Positions 1 to 15,800 of a DNA stretch of 64,000 bases are shown piece by piece. Below the pieces are notes generated by a model, which saw only the letters and a list, made by a program, of their open reading frames with translations, did no database searches and was not told the DNA's origin. Position numbers and translations under genes: made by a program. Origin of the DNA: Eledone cirrhosa (lineage: Eukaryota); NCBI GenBank assembly GCA_964016885.1, contig OZ024740.1:290842001-290906000 (forward strand). The letters are read 5' to 3'. The first letter of the stretch is position 1, and every line of letters begins with the position of its first letter.

Positions 1-999
1 AACGGACCCCCTCCCAAATAAAAAACGGATTCCCCCCAAATAAAAAACTGGCACCCCACCCCAAATAAATAACGGAGCCCAAATAAAAATTGGATCCCCA
101 AATAAAAAACGGACACCCAAATAAAAAACGGATCCCCAAATAAAAAACGGACACCCAAATAAAAAACGGACCCTCCAAATAAAAAATGGGCCCCCAAATT
201 AAAAAAATTGACCCCTAAATAAAAAACGGAGACCCAAATAAAAAACGGAGACCTAAATAAAAACGGACACCCAAATAAAAAACGGATCCCCCCAAATAGA
301 AAACGGATCCCCCCCAAAAAAACGGACACCCAAATAAAAGAAGGATCCCCATATAAAGACGGACACCCCTAAAAAAAATATCAAAAACGGATTTCCAAAT
401 AAAAAACGGATCCCCCACCCCAAATAAAAAACGGATCGATGCCCAAATAAAAAACGGGGCCTCCCCATAAAAAACGGATCCCCCAAATAAACATATACCC
501 ATATAAAAAACGGACCCCACCGAAATAAAAAACGTATCCCCCCCACAAATAAAAAACGGACCCCACCCAAATAAAAAACGGATTTCCCCCAAATAAATAA
601 CGGACCCCCTCCCAATTAAAAAACGGACCCCCAAATAAAAAACGGATTCCCCCCAAATAAAATACGGGCCCCCCCACCCCAAATAAATAACGGAGCCCAA
701 ATAGAAAATGGATCCCCAAATAAAAAAACGACACCCAAATAAAAAATGGATCCCCAAATAAAAAACGGACACCTATATAAAAAACGGACCCCCCCTTCCC
801 CAATTAAAAACGGACCCCCCCTCCTTCCCCAATAAAAAACGGCCCCTCCAAATAAAAAACAGATCTCTAAATAAAAAACGGACACCCAAATAAAAAACGA
901 ATTCCCAAATAAAAAACGGATCCCCAAATAAAAAACGGACACCAAATGAAATATGGACGCCCAGATATAACCCCCCCCACACACACACACACACACACA

Positions 1000-3900
1000 C
1001 CAAATAAAAAACGGGACGCCCCAATGAAAAACGGATTCCCCCAAATAAACGTATACCCATATAAAAAACGGACCCCCACTCAAATAAAAACGGATCCCCC
1101 CCACAAATAAAAAACGGACACCAAAATGAAAAACGGATTTCCCACAAATAAATAACGGACCCCTCCAAAATAAAAAATGGACCCCCAAATAAAAAACGGA
1201 TTCTCCCCAAATAAAAACTGGCACCCCAACCCAAATAAATAACGGAGCCCAAATAAAAATTGGTTCACAAAATAAAAAACGGACACCCAAATAAAAAACG
1301 GATACCCAAATAAAAAACGGATCCCCAAATAAAAAACGGAGCCCTCCAAATAAAAAACAGACACCCAAATAAAAAAATAGACCCCTAAATATAAAACGGA
1401 GACCCAAATAAAAAACGGACACCCAAATAAAAAACGGATCCGCCCAAATAAAAAACGGATCCCCCACAAAAAACGGACACCCAAATAAAAGAAGGATCCC
1501 CATATAAAAACGGACACCCCTAAAAAAAATATCAAAAACGGATTTCCAAATAAAAAACGGATCCCCCACCCCAAATAAAAAACGGATCGATGCCCAAGTA
1601 AAAAACGTGGCCTCCCCATAAAAAACGGATCCCCCAAATAAACATATACCCATATAAAAAACGGAGCCCACCGAAATAAAAAACGGATCCCCCCCACAAA
1701 TAAAAAACGGACACCCAAATAAAAAACGGATTTCCCCCAAATAAATAACGGACCCCCTCCCAATTAAAAAACGGACCCCCAAATAAAAACGGATTCCCCC
1801 CAAATAAAAAACGGGCCCCCCACCCCAAATAAATAACGGAGCCCAAATAAAAATGGATCCCCAAATAAAAAACCGACACCCAAATAAAAATGGATCCCCA
1901 AATAAAAAACGGACACCCATATAAAAAACGGACACCCCCCCTTCCCCAATTAAAAACGGAACCCCCTCCTTCCCCAATAAAAAACGGCCCCCTCCAAATA
2001 AAAAACAGATCTCTAAATAAAAAACGGACACCCAAATAAAAAACGAATTCCCAAATAAAAAACGGATCCCCAAATAAAAAACGGACACCAAATGAAAAAT
2101 GGACGCCCAAATAAAACAACCCCCCCCCCCCCCACACACACACACACCAAATAAAAAACGGATCGCCAAATAAAAAACGGACCCCGCCCCAATTAAAAAA
2201 CGGAACTCCCAAATAAAAACGGACAACCCCAAATAAAAAACGGATCCCCAAATAAAAAACGGATCCTCAAATAAAAACGGATCCCCAAATAAAAAACGGA
2301 CCCCCAAATAAAAAACGGATTCCCCCAAATAAAAAACGGATCCCCAAATTAAAAACGGACCCCCTCCCAAATAAAAAACAGATTCCCCCCAAATAAAAAA
2401 CTGGCACCCCACCCCAAATAAATAACGGATCCCCAAATAAAAAACGGACACCCAAATAAAAAACGGACCCTCCAAATAAAAAATGGACCCCCAAATAAAA
2501 AAAATTGACCCCTAAATAAAAAACGGAGACCCAAATCAGAAACGGACACCCAAATAAAAAACGGATCCCCTCAAATAAATACGGTTCCCCAAATAAAAAA
2601 CGGACACCCAAATAAAAGAAGGATCCCCATATGAAAAAAGGACCGCCCACCAAAAAAATATCAACAACGGATTTCCAAATAAAAAACGGGTCCCCCACCC
2701 CAAGTAAAAAACGGATCGATGACCAAATAAAAAACGGGACGCCCCAATAAAAAACGGATTCCCCCAAATAAACGTATACCCATATAAAAAACGGACCCCA
2801 CCCAAATAAAAACGTATCCCCCCCACAAATAAAAAACGGACACCAAAATAAAAAACGGATTTCCGACAAATAAATAATGGACCCCTCCAAAATAAAAAAT
2901 GGACCCCCAAATAAAAAACGGATTCTACCCAAATAAAAACTGGCACCCCAACCCAAATAAATAACGGAGCCCAAATAAAAATTGGATCACCAAATAAAAA
3001 ACGGACACCCAAATAAATAACGGATACCCAAATAAAAAACGGATCCCCAAATAAAAAACGGACCCTCCAAATAAAAAATGGACCCCCAAATAAAAAAAGT
3101 TGACCCCTAAATAAAAAACGGAGACCCAAATAAAAAACGGACACCAAAATTAAAAACGGATCCCCCCAAATAAAAAACGGATTCCCCCCAAAAAACGGAC
3201 ACCCAAATAAAAGAAGGATCCCCATATAAAGACGGACACCCCTAAAAAAAATATCAAAAACGGATTTCCAAATAAAAAACGGATCCCCCACCCCAAATAA
3301 AAAACGGATCGATGCCCAAATAAAAAACGGGACCCCCAATAAAAAACGGATCCCCCCAAATAAACGGATACCCATATAAAAAACGGACCCCACCCAAATA
3401 AAAAACGGATCCCCCCCACAAATAAAAAACGGACACCCAAATAAAAGAAGGATCCCCATATGAAAAAAGGACCGCCCACCAAAAAAATATCAAAAACGGA
3501 TTTCCAAATAAAAAACGGGTCCCCCACCCCAAATAAAAAACGGATCGATGACCAAATAAAAAACGGGACACCCAAATAAAAAACGGACCCTCCAAATAAA
3601 AAATGGACCCCCAAATTAAAAAAATTGACCCCTAAATAAAAAACGGAGACCCAAATAAAAAACGGACACCCAAAAAAAAACGGATCCCCCCAAATAAATA
3701 CGGATCCCCAAATAAAAAACGGACACCCAAATAAAAGAAGGATCCCCATATAAAAAAAGGACCGCCCACCAAAAAAATATCAAAAACGGATTTCCAAATA
3801 AAAAACGGATCCCCCACCCCAAATAAAAAACGGATCGATGACCAAATAAAAAACGGGACGCCCCGATAAAAAACGGATTCCCCCAAATAAACGTATACCC

Positions 3901-6870
3901 ATATAAAAAACGGACCCCCACCCAAATAAAAACGGATCCCCCCCACAAATAAAAAACGGACACCAAAATAAAAAACGGATTTCCCACAAATAAATAATGG
4001 ACCCCTCCAAAATAAAAAATGGACCCCCAAATAAAAAACGGATTCTCCCCAAATAAAAACTGGCACCCCAACCCAAATAAATAACGGAGCCCAAATAAAA
4101 ATTGGATCACCAAATAAAAAAAGGACACCCAAATAAAAAACGGATACCCAAATAAAAAACGGATCCCCAAATAAAAAACGGACCCTCCAAATAATAAACG
4201 GACACCCAAATAAAAAATGGACCCTAAATATAAAACGGAGACCCAAATAAAAAACGGACACCCAAATAAAAGAAGGATCCCCATATAAAAAAAGGACCGC
4301 CCACCAAAAAAATATCAAAAACGGATTTACAAATAAAAAACGGATCCCCCACCCCAAATAAAAGACGGATCGATGACCAAATAAAAAACGGGACGCCCCA
4401 ATGAAAAACGGATTCCCCCATATAAACGTATACCCATATAAAAAACGGACCCCCACTCAAATAAAAACGGATCCCCCCCACAAATAAAAAACGGACACCA
4501 AAATGAAAAACGGATTTCCCACAAATAAATAACGAACCCCTCCAAAATAAAAAATGGACCCCCAAATAAAAAACGGATTCTCCCCAAATAAAAACTGGCA
4601 CCCCAACCCAAATAAATAACGGAGCCCAAATAAAAATTGGATCACAAAATAAAAGACGGACACCCAAATAAAAAACGGATACCCAAATAAAAAACGGATC
4701 CCCAAATAAAAAACGGACCCTCCAAATAAAAAACGGACACCCAAATAAAAAAAATAGACCCCTAAATATAAAACGGAGACCCAAATAAAAAACGGACACC
4801 CAAATAAAAAACGGATCCCCCCAAATAAAAAACGGATCCCCCACAAAAAACGGACACCCAAATAAAAGAAGGATCCCCATATAAAAACGGACACCCCTAA
4901 AAAAAATATCAAAAACGGATTTCCAAATAAAAAACGGATCCCCCACCCCAAATAAAAAACGGATCGATGCCCAAATAAAAAACGGGGCCTCCCCATAAAA
5001 AACGGATCCCCCAAATAAACATATACCCATATAAAAAACGGATCCCACCGAAATAAAAAACGGATCCCCCCCACAAATAAAAAACGGACACCCAAATAAA
5101 AAACGGATTTCCCCCAAATAAATAACGGACCCCCTCCCAATTAAAAAACGGACCCCCAAATAAAAACGGATTCCCCCAAAATAAAAAACGGGCCCCCCAC
5201 CCCAACTAAATAACGGAGCCCAAATAAAAAATGGATCCCCAAATAAAAAACCGACACCCAAATAAAGATGGATCCCCAAATAAAAAACGGACACACATAT
5301 AAAAAACGGACCCCCCTTCCCCAATTAAAAACGGACCCCCCCTCCTTCCCCAATAAAAAACGGCCCCCTCCAAATAAAAAACAGACCTCTAAATAAAAAA
5401 CGGACACCCAAATAAAAAACGAATTCCCAAATAAAAAACGGATCCCCAAATAAAAAACGGACACCAAATGAAAAATGGACGCCCAAATAAAACAACCCCC
5501 CCCCCACACACACACACACACCAAATAAAAAACGGATCGCCAAAAAAAAACGGACCCCGCCCCAATTAAAAAACGGAACTCCCAAATAAAAACGGACAAC
5601 CCCAAATAAAAAACGGATCCCCAAATAAAAAACGGATCCTCAAATAAAAACGGATCCCCAAATAAAAAACGGACCCCCAAATAAAAAACGGATTCCCCCA
5701 AATAAAAAACGGATCCCCAAATTAAAAACGGACCCCCTCCCAAATAAAAAACAGATTCCCCCCAAATAAAAAACTGGCACCCCACCCCAAATAAATAACG
5801 GAGCCCAAATAAAAATTGGATCCCCAAATAAAAAACGGACACCCAAATAAAAAACGGATCCCCAAATAAAAAACGGACACCCAAATAAAAAACGGACCCT
5901 CCAAATAAAAAATGTACCCCCAAATAAAAAAAATTTACCCCTAAATAAAAAACGGAGACCCAAATCAAAAACGGACACCCAAATAAAAAACGGATCCCCC
6001 CAAATAAATACGGTTCCCCAAATAAAAAACGGACACCCAAATAAAAGAAGGATCCCCATATGAAAAAAGGACCGCCCACCAAAAAAATATCAAAAACGGA
6101 TTTCCAAATAAAAAACGGGTCCCCCACCCCAAATAAAAAACGGATCGATGACCAAATAAAAAACGGGACGCCCCAATAAAAAACGGATTCCCCCAAATAA
6201 ACGTATACCCATATAAAAAACGGACCCCACCCAAATAAAAACGGATCCCCCCCACAAATAAAAAACGGACACCAAAATAAAAAACGGATTTCCCACAAAT
6301 AAATAACGGACCCCTCCAAAATAAAAAATGGACCCCCAAATAAAAAACGGATTCTCCCCAAATAAAAACTGGCACCCCAACCCAAATAAATAACGGAGCC
6401 CAAATAAAAATTGGATCACCAAATAAAAAACGGACACCCAAATAAATAACGGATACCCAAATAAAAAACGGATCCCCAAATAAAAAACGGACCCTCCAAA
6501 TAAAAAATGGACCCCCAAATAAAAAAAGTTGACCCCTAAATAAAAAACGGAGACCCAAATAAAAACGGACACCAAAATTAAAAACGGATCCCCCCAAATA
6601 AAAAACGGATTCCCCCCAAAAAACGGACACCCAAATAAAAGAAGGATCCCCATATAAAGACGGACACCCCTAAAAAAAATATCAAAAACGGATTTCCAAA
6701 TAAAAAACGGATCCCCCACCCCAAATAAAAAACGGATCGATGCCCAAATAAAAAACGGGACCCCCAATAAAAAACGGATCCCCCCAAATAAACGGATACC
6801 CATATAAAAAACGGACCCCACCCAAATAAAAAACGGATCCCCCCCACAAATAAAAAACGGACACCCAAAT
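1000..6870. repeat. ~3.38-kb direct duplication within the satellite (~1,000-3,440 vs ~4,380-6,870)
   Basis: Matching ORF-track entries offset by 3,373-3,377 (1080/4457, 1532/4909, 2267/5640), then by 3,428-3,429 (2661/6090, 3150/6578) after a ~3-monomer indel. (CA)n islands at ~2,133 and ~5,505. Confidence 0.85.
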
Positions 6871-9829
6871 AAAAAACGGATTTCCCCCAAATAAATAACG
6901 GACCCTCTCCCAAATAAAAAACGGACCCCAAATAAAAAACCGATTCCCCCCAAATAAAAAACGGGCACCCCGTCCCAAATAAATAACGGAGCCCAAATAA
7001 AAAACGGATCCCCAAATAAAAAACGGACACCCAAATAAAATACGGATCCCCAAATAAAAAACGGACACCCAAATAAAAAACGGACACCCCCGAATAAAAA
7101 ACGGACCCCTAAATAAAAAAATGGACCCCTAAATAAAAACGGACACCCAAATAAATAACGGACATCCAAATAAAAAACGGACACCCAAATAAGAGCCGGA
7201 TCCCCATATAACAAATGGACCCCCCGCCGCCCCCCCTCCAAAAAAATGCGGATTTCCAAGTAAAAAACGGATCCCACCCAATAGAAAACGGACCCCAAAT
7301 AAAAAACGGGCCCCTCCAAATAAAAAACCCATTCCCAAATAAAAAACGGTCTACACTCCAAATAAAAAACGGATCGATCCCCAAATAAAAAACGGACACC
7401 CAAATAAAAAACGGATTTCCCACAAATAAATAACGGACCCCTCCAAAATAAAAAATGGACACCCAAATAAAAAACGGATTCTCCCCAAATAAAAACTGGC
7501 ACCCCAACCCAAATAAATAACGGAGCCCAAATAAAAATTGGATCACCAAATAAAAAACGGACACCCAAATAAATAACGGATACCCAAATAAAAAACGGAT
7601 CCCCAAATAAAAAACGGACCCTCCAAATAAAAAACGGACACCCAAATAAAAAACGGATTCTCCCCAAATAAAAACTGGCACCCCAACCCAAATAAATAAC
7701 GGAGCCCAAATAAAAATTGGATCACCAAATAAAAAACGGACACCCAAATAAAAAACGGACACCCAAATAAAAAACGGATCCCCCCAAATAAAAAACGGAT
7801 CCCCCCCAAAATACGGACACCCAAATAAAAGAAGGGTCCCCATATAAAAACGGACACCCCTAAAAAAAATATCAAAAACGGATTTCCAAATAAAAAACGG
7901 ATCCCCCACCCCAAATAAAAAACGGATCGATGCCCAAATAAAAAACGGGACCCCCAATAAAAAACGGATCCCCCCAAATAAACGGATACCCATATAAAAA
8001 ACGGACCCCACCCAAATAAAAAACGGATCCCCCCACAAATAAAAAACGGACACCCAAATAAAAAACGGATTTCCCCCAAATAAATAACGGACCCTCTCCC
8101 AAATAAAAAACGGACCCCAAATAAATAACGGATTCCCCCCAAATAAAAAACGTGCACCCCACCCCAAATAAAAAAAGGTTCGATGCCCAAATAAAAAACA
8201 GAACACCCAAATAAAAAACGGATCGCCCAGAATAAAAAACGGATACCCATATTAAAAACGGACCCCCACCCCAAATAAAAAAGGGATCCCCCAATAAAAA
8301 ACGGATCCCACCCAATAGAAAACGGACCCCCAAATAAAAAACGGGCCCCTCCAAATGAAAAACCCATTCCCAAATAAAAAACGGTCTCCACTCCAAATAA
8401 AAAACGGATCGATCCCCAAATAAAAAACGGACACCCAAATAAAAAACGGATCCCCCAAATAAAAAACGGATCCCCAAATAAAAATCGGACACCCGAATAA
8501 AAGAAGGATCCCCATATAATAAACGGACCGCCGCCCCAAAAAATATCAAAAACGGATTTCCAAATAAAAAACGGATCCCCCACCCCAAATAAAAAACGGG
8601 ACCCCCCAATAAAAAACGTATCCCCCCAAATAAACGGATACCCATATAAAAAACGGACCCCACCGAAATAAAAAAACGGATCCCCCCCACAAATAAAAAA
8701 CGGACACCAAAATAAAAAACGGATTTCCCCCAAATAAATAACGGACCCCTCCCAAATAAAAAACGGACCCCCAAATAAAAAACGGATTCCCCCCAAATAA
8801 AAAACGGGCCCCCACCCCAAATAAATAACGGAGCCCAAATAAAAAATGGATCCCCAAATAAAAAACGGACACCCAAATAAAAAAGGGATCCCCCAATAAT
8901 AAACGCCCCTCCCCCCAATAAAAAACGGATCCCCCCAGATATAAAATGACCCCCAAATAAAAAACGGCCCCCTCCAAATAAAAAACCCATTCCCAAATAA
9001 AAAACAGATCGATCCCCAAATAAAAAACGGACACCCCAAATAAAAAACGGACCCCCAAATAAAAAAAATGGACCTCCCCGAATAATAAACGGATCCCCAT
9101 ATAAAAAGGGACCCCCCCAAAAAAAATTCGGATTCCCAAATAAAAAACGGATCCCCAAATTAAAAACGCCCCCCCCCCCCAAAAAAAAAAATAAAAAACG
9201 GATCCCCGCAGAAAAAACGGACACCCAAATAAAAACGGATCCTCAAATAAAAAAGTGATCCCCATATAAAAACGGATTCCCCCAAATAAAAAAAGGATCC
9301 CCAAATTAAAAACGGACCCCCTCCCAAATAAAAAACGGATCCCCAAATAAAAAACGGATTCCCCCAAATAAATAACGGAGCCCAAATAAAAATTGGATCC
9401 CCAAATAAAAAACGGACCAGCAAATAAAAAAGGAACCCCAAATAAAAAACGGACACCCATATAAAAAACGTACCCCCAACCCAAATAAAAAACGAATGCC
9501 CCCCAAAAAAAACGGACCCCGCTTCCCCAATTAAAAAAGGATATGCCCCCCCCTCCCCCCCCCCAATAAAAAACGGACCCCTAAATAAATAAAGGACCCC
9601 TCTAAATAAGAATCAGTTCCATAAATAAAAAACGGACCCTCCAAATAAAAAATTAACTCCCAAATAAAAAAAATAGACCCCTAAATAAAAAACGGAGACC
9701 CAAATCAAAAACGGACACCCAAATAAAAAACGGATCCCCCCAAATAAAAACGGATCCCCAAATAAACGTATACCCATATAATAAACGGACACCACCCAAA
9801 TAAAAAACGGATCCCACCCACAAATAAAA

Positions 9830-12800
9830 AACGGACACCAAAATAAAAAACGGATTTCCCACAAATAAATAACGGACCCCTCCAAAATAAAAAATGAACC
9901 CCAAATAAAAAACGGATTCTCCCCAAATAAAAACTGGCACCCCAACCCAAATAAATAACGGAGCCCAAATAAAAATTGGATCACCAAATAAAAAACGGAC
10001 ACCCAAATAAAAACGGATACCCAAATAAAAAACGGATCCCCAAATAAAAAACGGACCCTTCAAATAAAAAACGGAGACCCAAATGAAAAAAATGGACCCC
10101 TAAATATAAAACGGAGACCCAAATAAAAAACGGACACCCAAATAAAAAACGGATCCCCCCAAATAAAAAACGGATCCCCCAAAAAAACGGACACCCAAAT
10201 AAAAGAAGGATCCCCATATAAAAACGGACACCCCTAAAAAAAATATCAAAAACGGATTTCCAAATAAAAAACGGTTCCCCCACCCCAAATAAAAAACGGA
10301 TCGATGCCCAAATAAAAAACGGGACCCCCCAATAAAAAACGGATCCCCCCAAATAAACGGATACCCATATAAAAAACGGATCCCACCCAAATAAAAAACG
10401 GATCCACCCCACAAATAAAAAACGGACACCCAAATAAAAAACGGATTTCCCCCAAATAAATAACAGACCCCCTCCCAAATAAAAAACGGACCCCCAAATA
10501 AAAAACGGATTCCCCCAAATAAAAAACGGGCCCCCCACCCCAAATAAATAACGTAGCCCAAATAAAAAATGGATCCCCAAATAAAAAACGTACACCCAAA
10601 TAAAAAACGGATCCCCAAATAAAAAACGGACACCCATATAAAAAACGGACCCCCCCTTCCCCAATTAAAAACGGACCCCCCACCCACCCCCTTCCCCAAT
10701 AAAAAACGGCCCCTCCAAATAAAAAACAGATCTCTAAATAAAAAACGGACACGCAAATAAAAAACGAATTCCCAAATAAAAAACGGATCCCCAAATAAAA
10801 AACGTACACCCAAATGAAAAATGGACGCCCAAATAAAACTCCCCCCCCCCCAGACACACATACACACACACCAAATAAAAAACGGATCGCCAAATAAAAA
10901 ACGGACCCCGCCCCAATTAAAAAACGGAACTCCCAAATAAAAACGGACAACCTCAAATAAAAAACGGATTCTCAAATAAAAAACGTACCCCCAAATAAAA
11001 AACGGATTCCCCCAAATAAAAAACGGATCCCCAAATTAAAAACGGACCCCCTCCTAAATAAAAAACGGATTCCCCCCAAATAAAAAACTGGCACCCCACC
11101 CCAAATAAATAACGGAGCACAAATAAAAATTGGATCCCCAAATAAAAAACGCACACCCAAATAAAAAACGGATCCCCAAATAAAAAACGGACACCCAAAT
11201 AAAAAAAGGACCCTCCAAATAAAAAATGGACCCCCAAATAAAAAAAGTTGACCCCTAAATAAAAAACGGAGACCCAAATAAAAACGGACACCCAAATAAA
11301 AAACGGATCCCCCCAAATAAAAACGGATCCCCAAATAAAAAACGGACACCCAAATAAAAGAAGGATCCCATATAAAAAAAAGGACCGCCCCCCAAAAAAA
11401 TATCAAAAACGGATTTCCAAATAAAAAACGGAACCCCCACCCCAAATAAAAAACGTATCGATGCCCAAATAAAAAACGGGACGCCCCAATAAAATACGGA
11501 TTCCCCCAAATAAACGTATACCCATATAAAAAACGGACCCCACCCAAGTAAAAAACGGATCCCCCCCCCACAAATAAAAAACGGACACCAAAATAAAAAA
11601 CGGATTTCCCACAAATAAATAACGGACCCCTCCAAAATAAAAAATGGACCCCCAATAAAAAACGGATTCTCCCCAAATAAAAACTGGCACCCCAACCCAA
11701 ATAACTAACGGAGCCCAAATAAAAATTGGATCACCAAATAAAAAACGGACACCCAAATAAAAAACGGATACCCAAATAAAAAACGGATCCCCAAATAAAA
11801 AACGGACCCTCCAAATAAAAAATGGACCCCCAAACAAAAAAATTGACGCCTAAATAAAAAACGGAGACCCAAATAAAAAACGGACACCCAAATAAAAAAC
11901 GGATCACCCCAAATAAAAACGGATCCCCAAATAAAAAACGGACACCCAAATAAAAGAAGGATACCCATATAAAAAACGGACCGCCCCCCAAAAAATATCA
12001 AAAACGGATTTCCAAATAAAAAACGGATACCCCACCCCAAATAAAAAACGGGTCGATGCCCAAATAAAAAACGGGACGCCCCAATAAAAACGGATTCCCC
12101 CAAATAAAAGGATACCCATATAAAATTCGGACCCCACCCAAATAAAAAACGGATCCACCCCACAAATAAAAACGTACACCCAAATAAAAAACGGATTTCC
12201 CCCAAATAAATAACGGACCCTCTCCCAAATAAAAAACGGACCCCAAATAAAAAACGGATTCCCCCCAAATAAAAAACGGGCACCCCACCCCAAATAAATA
12301 ACGGAGCCCAAATAAAAAACGGATCCCCAAATAAAAAACGGACACCCAAATAAAAAACGGATCCCAAATAAAAAAAGGACACCCAAATAAAAAACGGACA
12401 CCCAAATAAGAGCCGGATCCCCATATAAAAAATGGACGCCCCGCTGCCCCCCCCCCCCCAAAAAAAATACGGATTTCCAAGTAAAAAACGGATCCCCCAC
12501 CCCAAATAAAAAAAGGTTCGATGCCCAAATAAAAAACATAACCCCCAAATAAAAAACGTATCGCCCAGAATAAAAAACGTATCCCCCAATAAAAAACGGA
12601 TCCCACCCAATAGAAAACGGACCCCAAATAAAAAACGGGCCCCTCCAAATAAAAAACCCATTCCCAAATAAAAAACGGTCTCCACTCCAAATAAAAAACG
12701 GATCGATCCCAAATAAAAAACGGACACCCAAATAAAAAACGGATCCCCCCAAATAAAAAACGGATCCCCAAATAAAAATCGGACACCCGAATAAAAGAAG

Positions 12801-15800
12801 GATCCCCATATAAAAAACGGACCGCCGCCCCAAAGAATATAAAAAACGGATTTCCAAATAAAAAACGGATCCCCCCACCCCAAATAAAAAACGGGACCCC
12901 CCAATTAAAAACGTATCCCCCCAAATAAACGGATACCCATATAAAAACGGACCCCACCGAAATAAAAAACGGATCCCCCCCACAAATAAAAAACGGACAC
13001 CAAAATAAAAAACGGATTTCCCCCAAATAAATAACGGACCCCTCCCAAATAAAAAAACGGACCCATAAATAAAAAACGGATTCCCCCCAAATAAAAAACT
13101 GGCACCCCACCCCAAATAAATAACGGAGCCCAAATAAAAAATGGATCCCCAAATAAACGCCCCTCCCCCCAAATAAAAAAGGGATACCCCAATAATAAAC
13201 GCCCCTCCCCCCAATAAAAAACGGATCCCCCAGATATAAAATGGACCGCCAAATAAAAAACGGCCCCTCCAAATAAAAAACCCATTCCCAAATAAAAAAC
13301 GTATCGATCCCCAAATAAAAAACGGACACCCAAATAAAAAACGGACACCCCAAATAAAAAACGGACCCCCTAATAAAAAAAATGGACCTCCCCAAATAAT
13401 AAACGGATCCCCATATAAAAAGGGACCCCCCCCCCAAAAAAAAATCGGATTCCCAAATAAAAGACGGATCCCCAAATTAAAAATGCCCCCCCCCCCCCCC
13501 CCCAAATAAAAAACAGATCCCCGTAAAAAAACGGACACCCAAATAAAAACGGATCCTCAAATAAAAAAGTGATCCCCATATAAAAACGGATTCCCCCAAA
13601 TAAAAAAAGGATCCCCAAATTAAAAACGGACCCCCTCCCAAATAAAAAACGGATCCCCAAATAAAAAACGGATTCCCCCAAATAAATAACGGAGCCCAAA
13701 TAAAAATTGGATCCCCAAATAAAAAACGGACCCGCAAATAAAAAAAGGAACCCCAAATAAAAAACGGACACCCATATAAAAAACGTACCCCCAACCCAAA
13801 TAAAAAACGGATCCCCCCCAAAAAAACGGACACCCCCCCCCCCAATAAAAAACGGACCCCTAAATAAATAAAGGACCCCTCCAAATAAAAATCAGTTCCA
13901 TAAATAAAAAACAGACCCTCCAAATAAAAAATGGACTCCCAAATAAAAAAATTGACCCCTAAAGAAAAAACGGAGACCCAAGTCAAAAACGTACACCCAA
14001 ATAAAAAACGGATCCCCCCAAATAAAAACGGATCCCCAAATAAAAAACGGACACCCAAATAAAAGAAGGATCCCCATATAAAAAAGGACCGCCCCCCAAA
14101 AAAATATCAAAAACGGATTTCCAAATAAAAAACGGATCCCCCACCCCAAATAAAAAACGGTTGATGCCCAAATAAAAAACGAGACGCCCCAATAAAAAGC
14201 GGATTCCCCCAAATAAACGTATACCCATATAAAAAACGGACCCCACCCAAATAAAAAACGGATCCCACCCACAAATAAAAAACGGACACCAAAATAAAAA
14301 ACGGATTTCCCACAAATAAATAACGGACCCCTCCAAAATAAAAAATGGACCCCCAAATAAAAAACGAATTCTCCCCAAATAAAAACTGGCACCCCAACCC
14401 AAATAAATAACGGAGCCCAAATAAAAATTGGATCACCAAATAAAAAACGGACACCCAAATAAAAAACGGATACCCAAATAAAAAACGGATCCCCAAATAA
14501 AAAACGGACCCTCCAAATAAAAAACGGACACCCAAATAAAAAAATGGACCCCTAAATATAAAACGGAGACCCAAATAAAAAACGGACACCCAAATAAAAA
14601 ACGGATCCCCCCAAATAAAAAACGGATCCCCCCCAAAAAACGGACACCCAAATAAAAGAAGGATCCCCATATAAGAACGGACACCCCTAAAAAAATATCA
14701 AAAACGGATTTCCAAATAAAAAACGGTTCCCCCACCCCAAATAAAAAACGGATCGATGCCCAAATAAAAAACGGGACCCCCCAATAAAAAACGGATCCCC
14801 CCAAATAAACGGATACCCATATAAAAAACGGATCCCACCCAAATAAAAAACGGATCCCCCCCATAAATAAAAAACGGACACCCAAATAAAAAACGGATTT
14901 CCCCCAAATAAATAACAGACCCCCTCCCAAATAAAAAACGGACCCCCAAATAAAAAACGGATTCCCCCAAATAAAAAACGGGCCCCCCACCCCAAATAAA
15001 TAACGTAGCCCAAATAAAAAATGGATCCCCAAATAAAAAACGTACACCCAAATAAAAAACGGATCCCCAAATAAAAAACGGACACCCATATAAAAAACGG
15101 ACCCCCCCTTCCCCAATTAAAAACGGACCCCCCACCCACCCCCTTCCCCAATAAAAAACGGCCCCTCCAAATAAAAAACAGATCTCTAAATAAAAAACGG
15201 ACACGCAAATAAAAAACGAATTCCCAAATAAAAAACGGATCCCCAAATAAAAAACGTACACCCAAATGAAAAATGGACGCCCAAATAAAACTCCCCCCCC
15301 CCCCCAGACACACATACACACACACCAAATAAAAAACGGATCGCCAAATAAAAAACGGACCCCGCCCCAATTAAAAAACGGAACTCCCAAATAAAAACGG
15401 ACAACCTCAAATAAAAAACGGATTCTCAAATAAAAAACGGACCCCCAAATAAAAAACGGATTCCCCCAAATAAAAAACGGATCCCCAAATTAAAAACGGA
15501 CCCCCTCCTAAATAAAAAACGGATTCCCCCCAAATAAAAAACTGGCACCCCACCCCAAATAAATAACGGAGCCCAAATAAAAATTGGATCCCCAAATAAA
15601 AAACGCACACCCAAATAAAAAACGGATCCCCAAATAAAAAACGGACACCCAAATAAAAAAAGGACCCTCCAAATAAAAAATGGACCCCCAAATAAAAAAA
15701 GTTGACCCCTAAATAAAAAACGGAGACCCAAATAAAAACGGACACCCAAATAAAAAACGGATCCCCCCAAATAAAAACGGATCCCCAAATAAAAAACGGA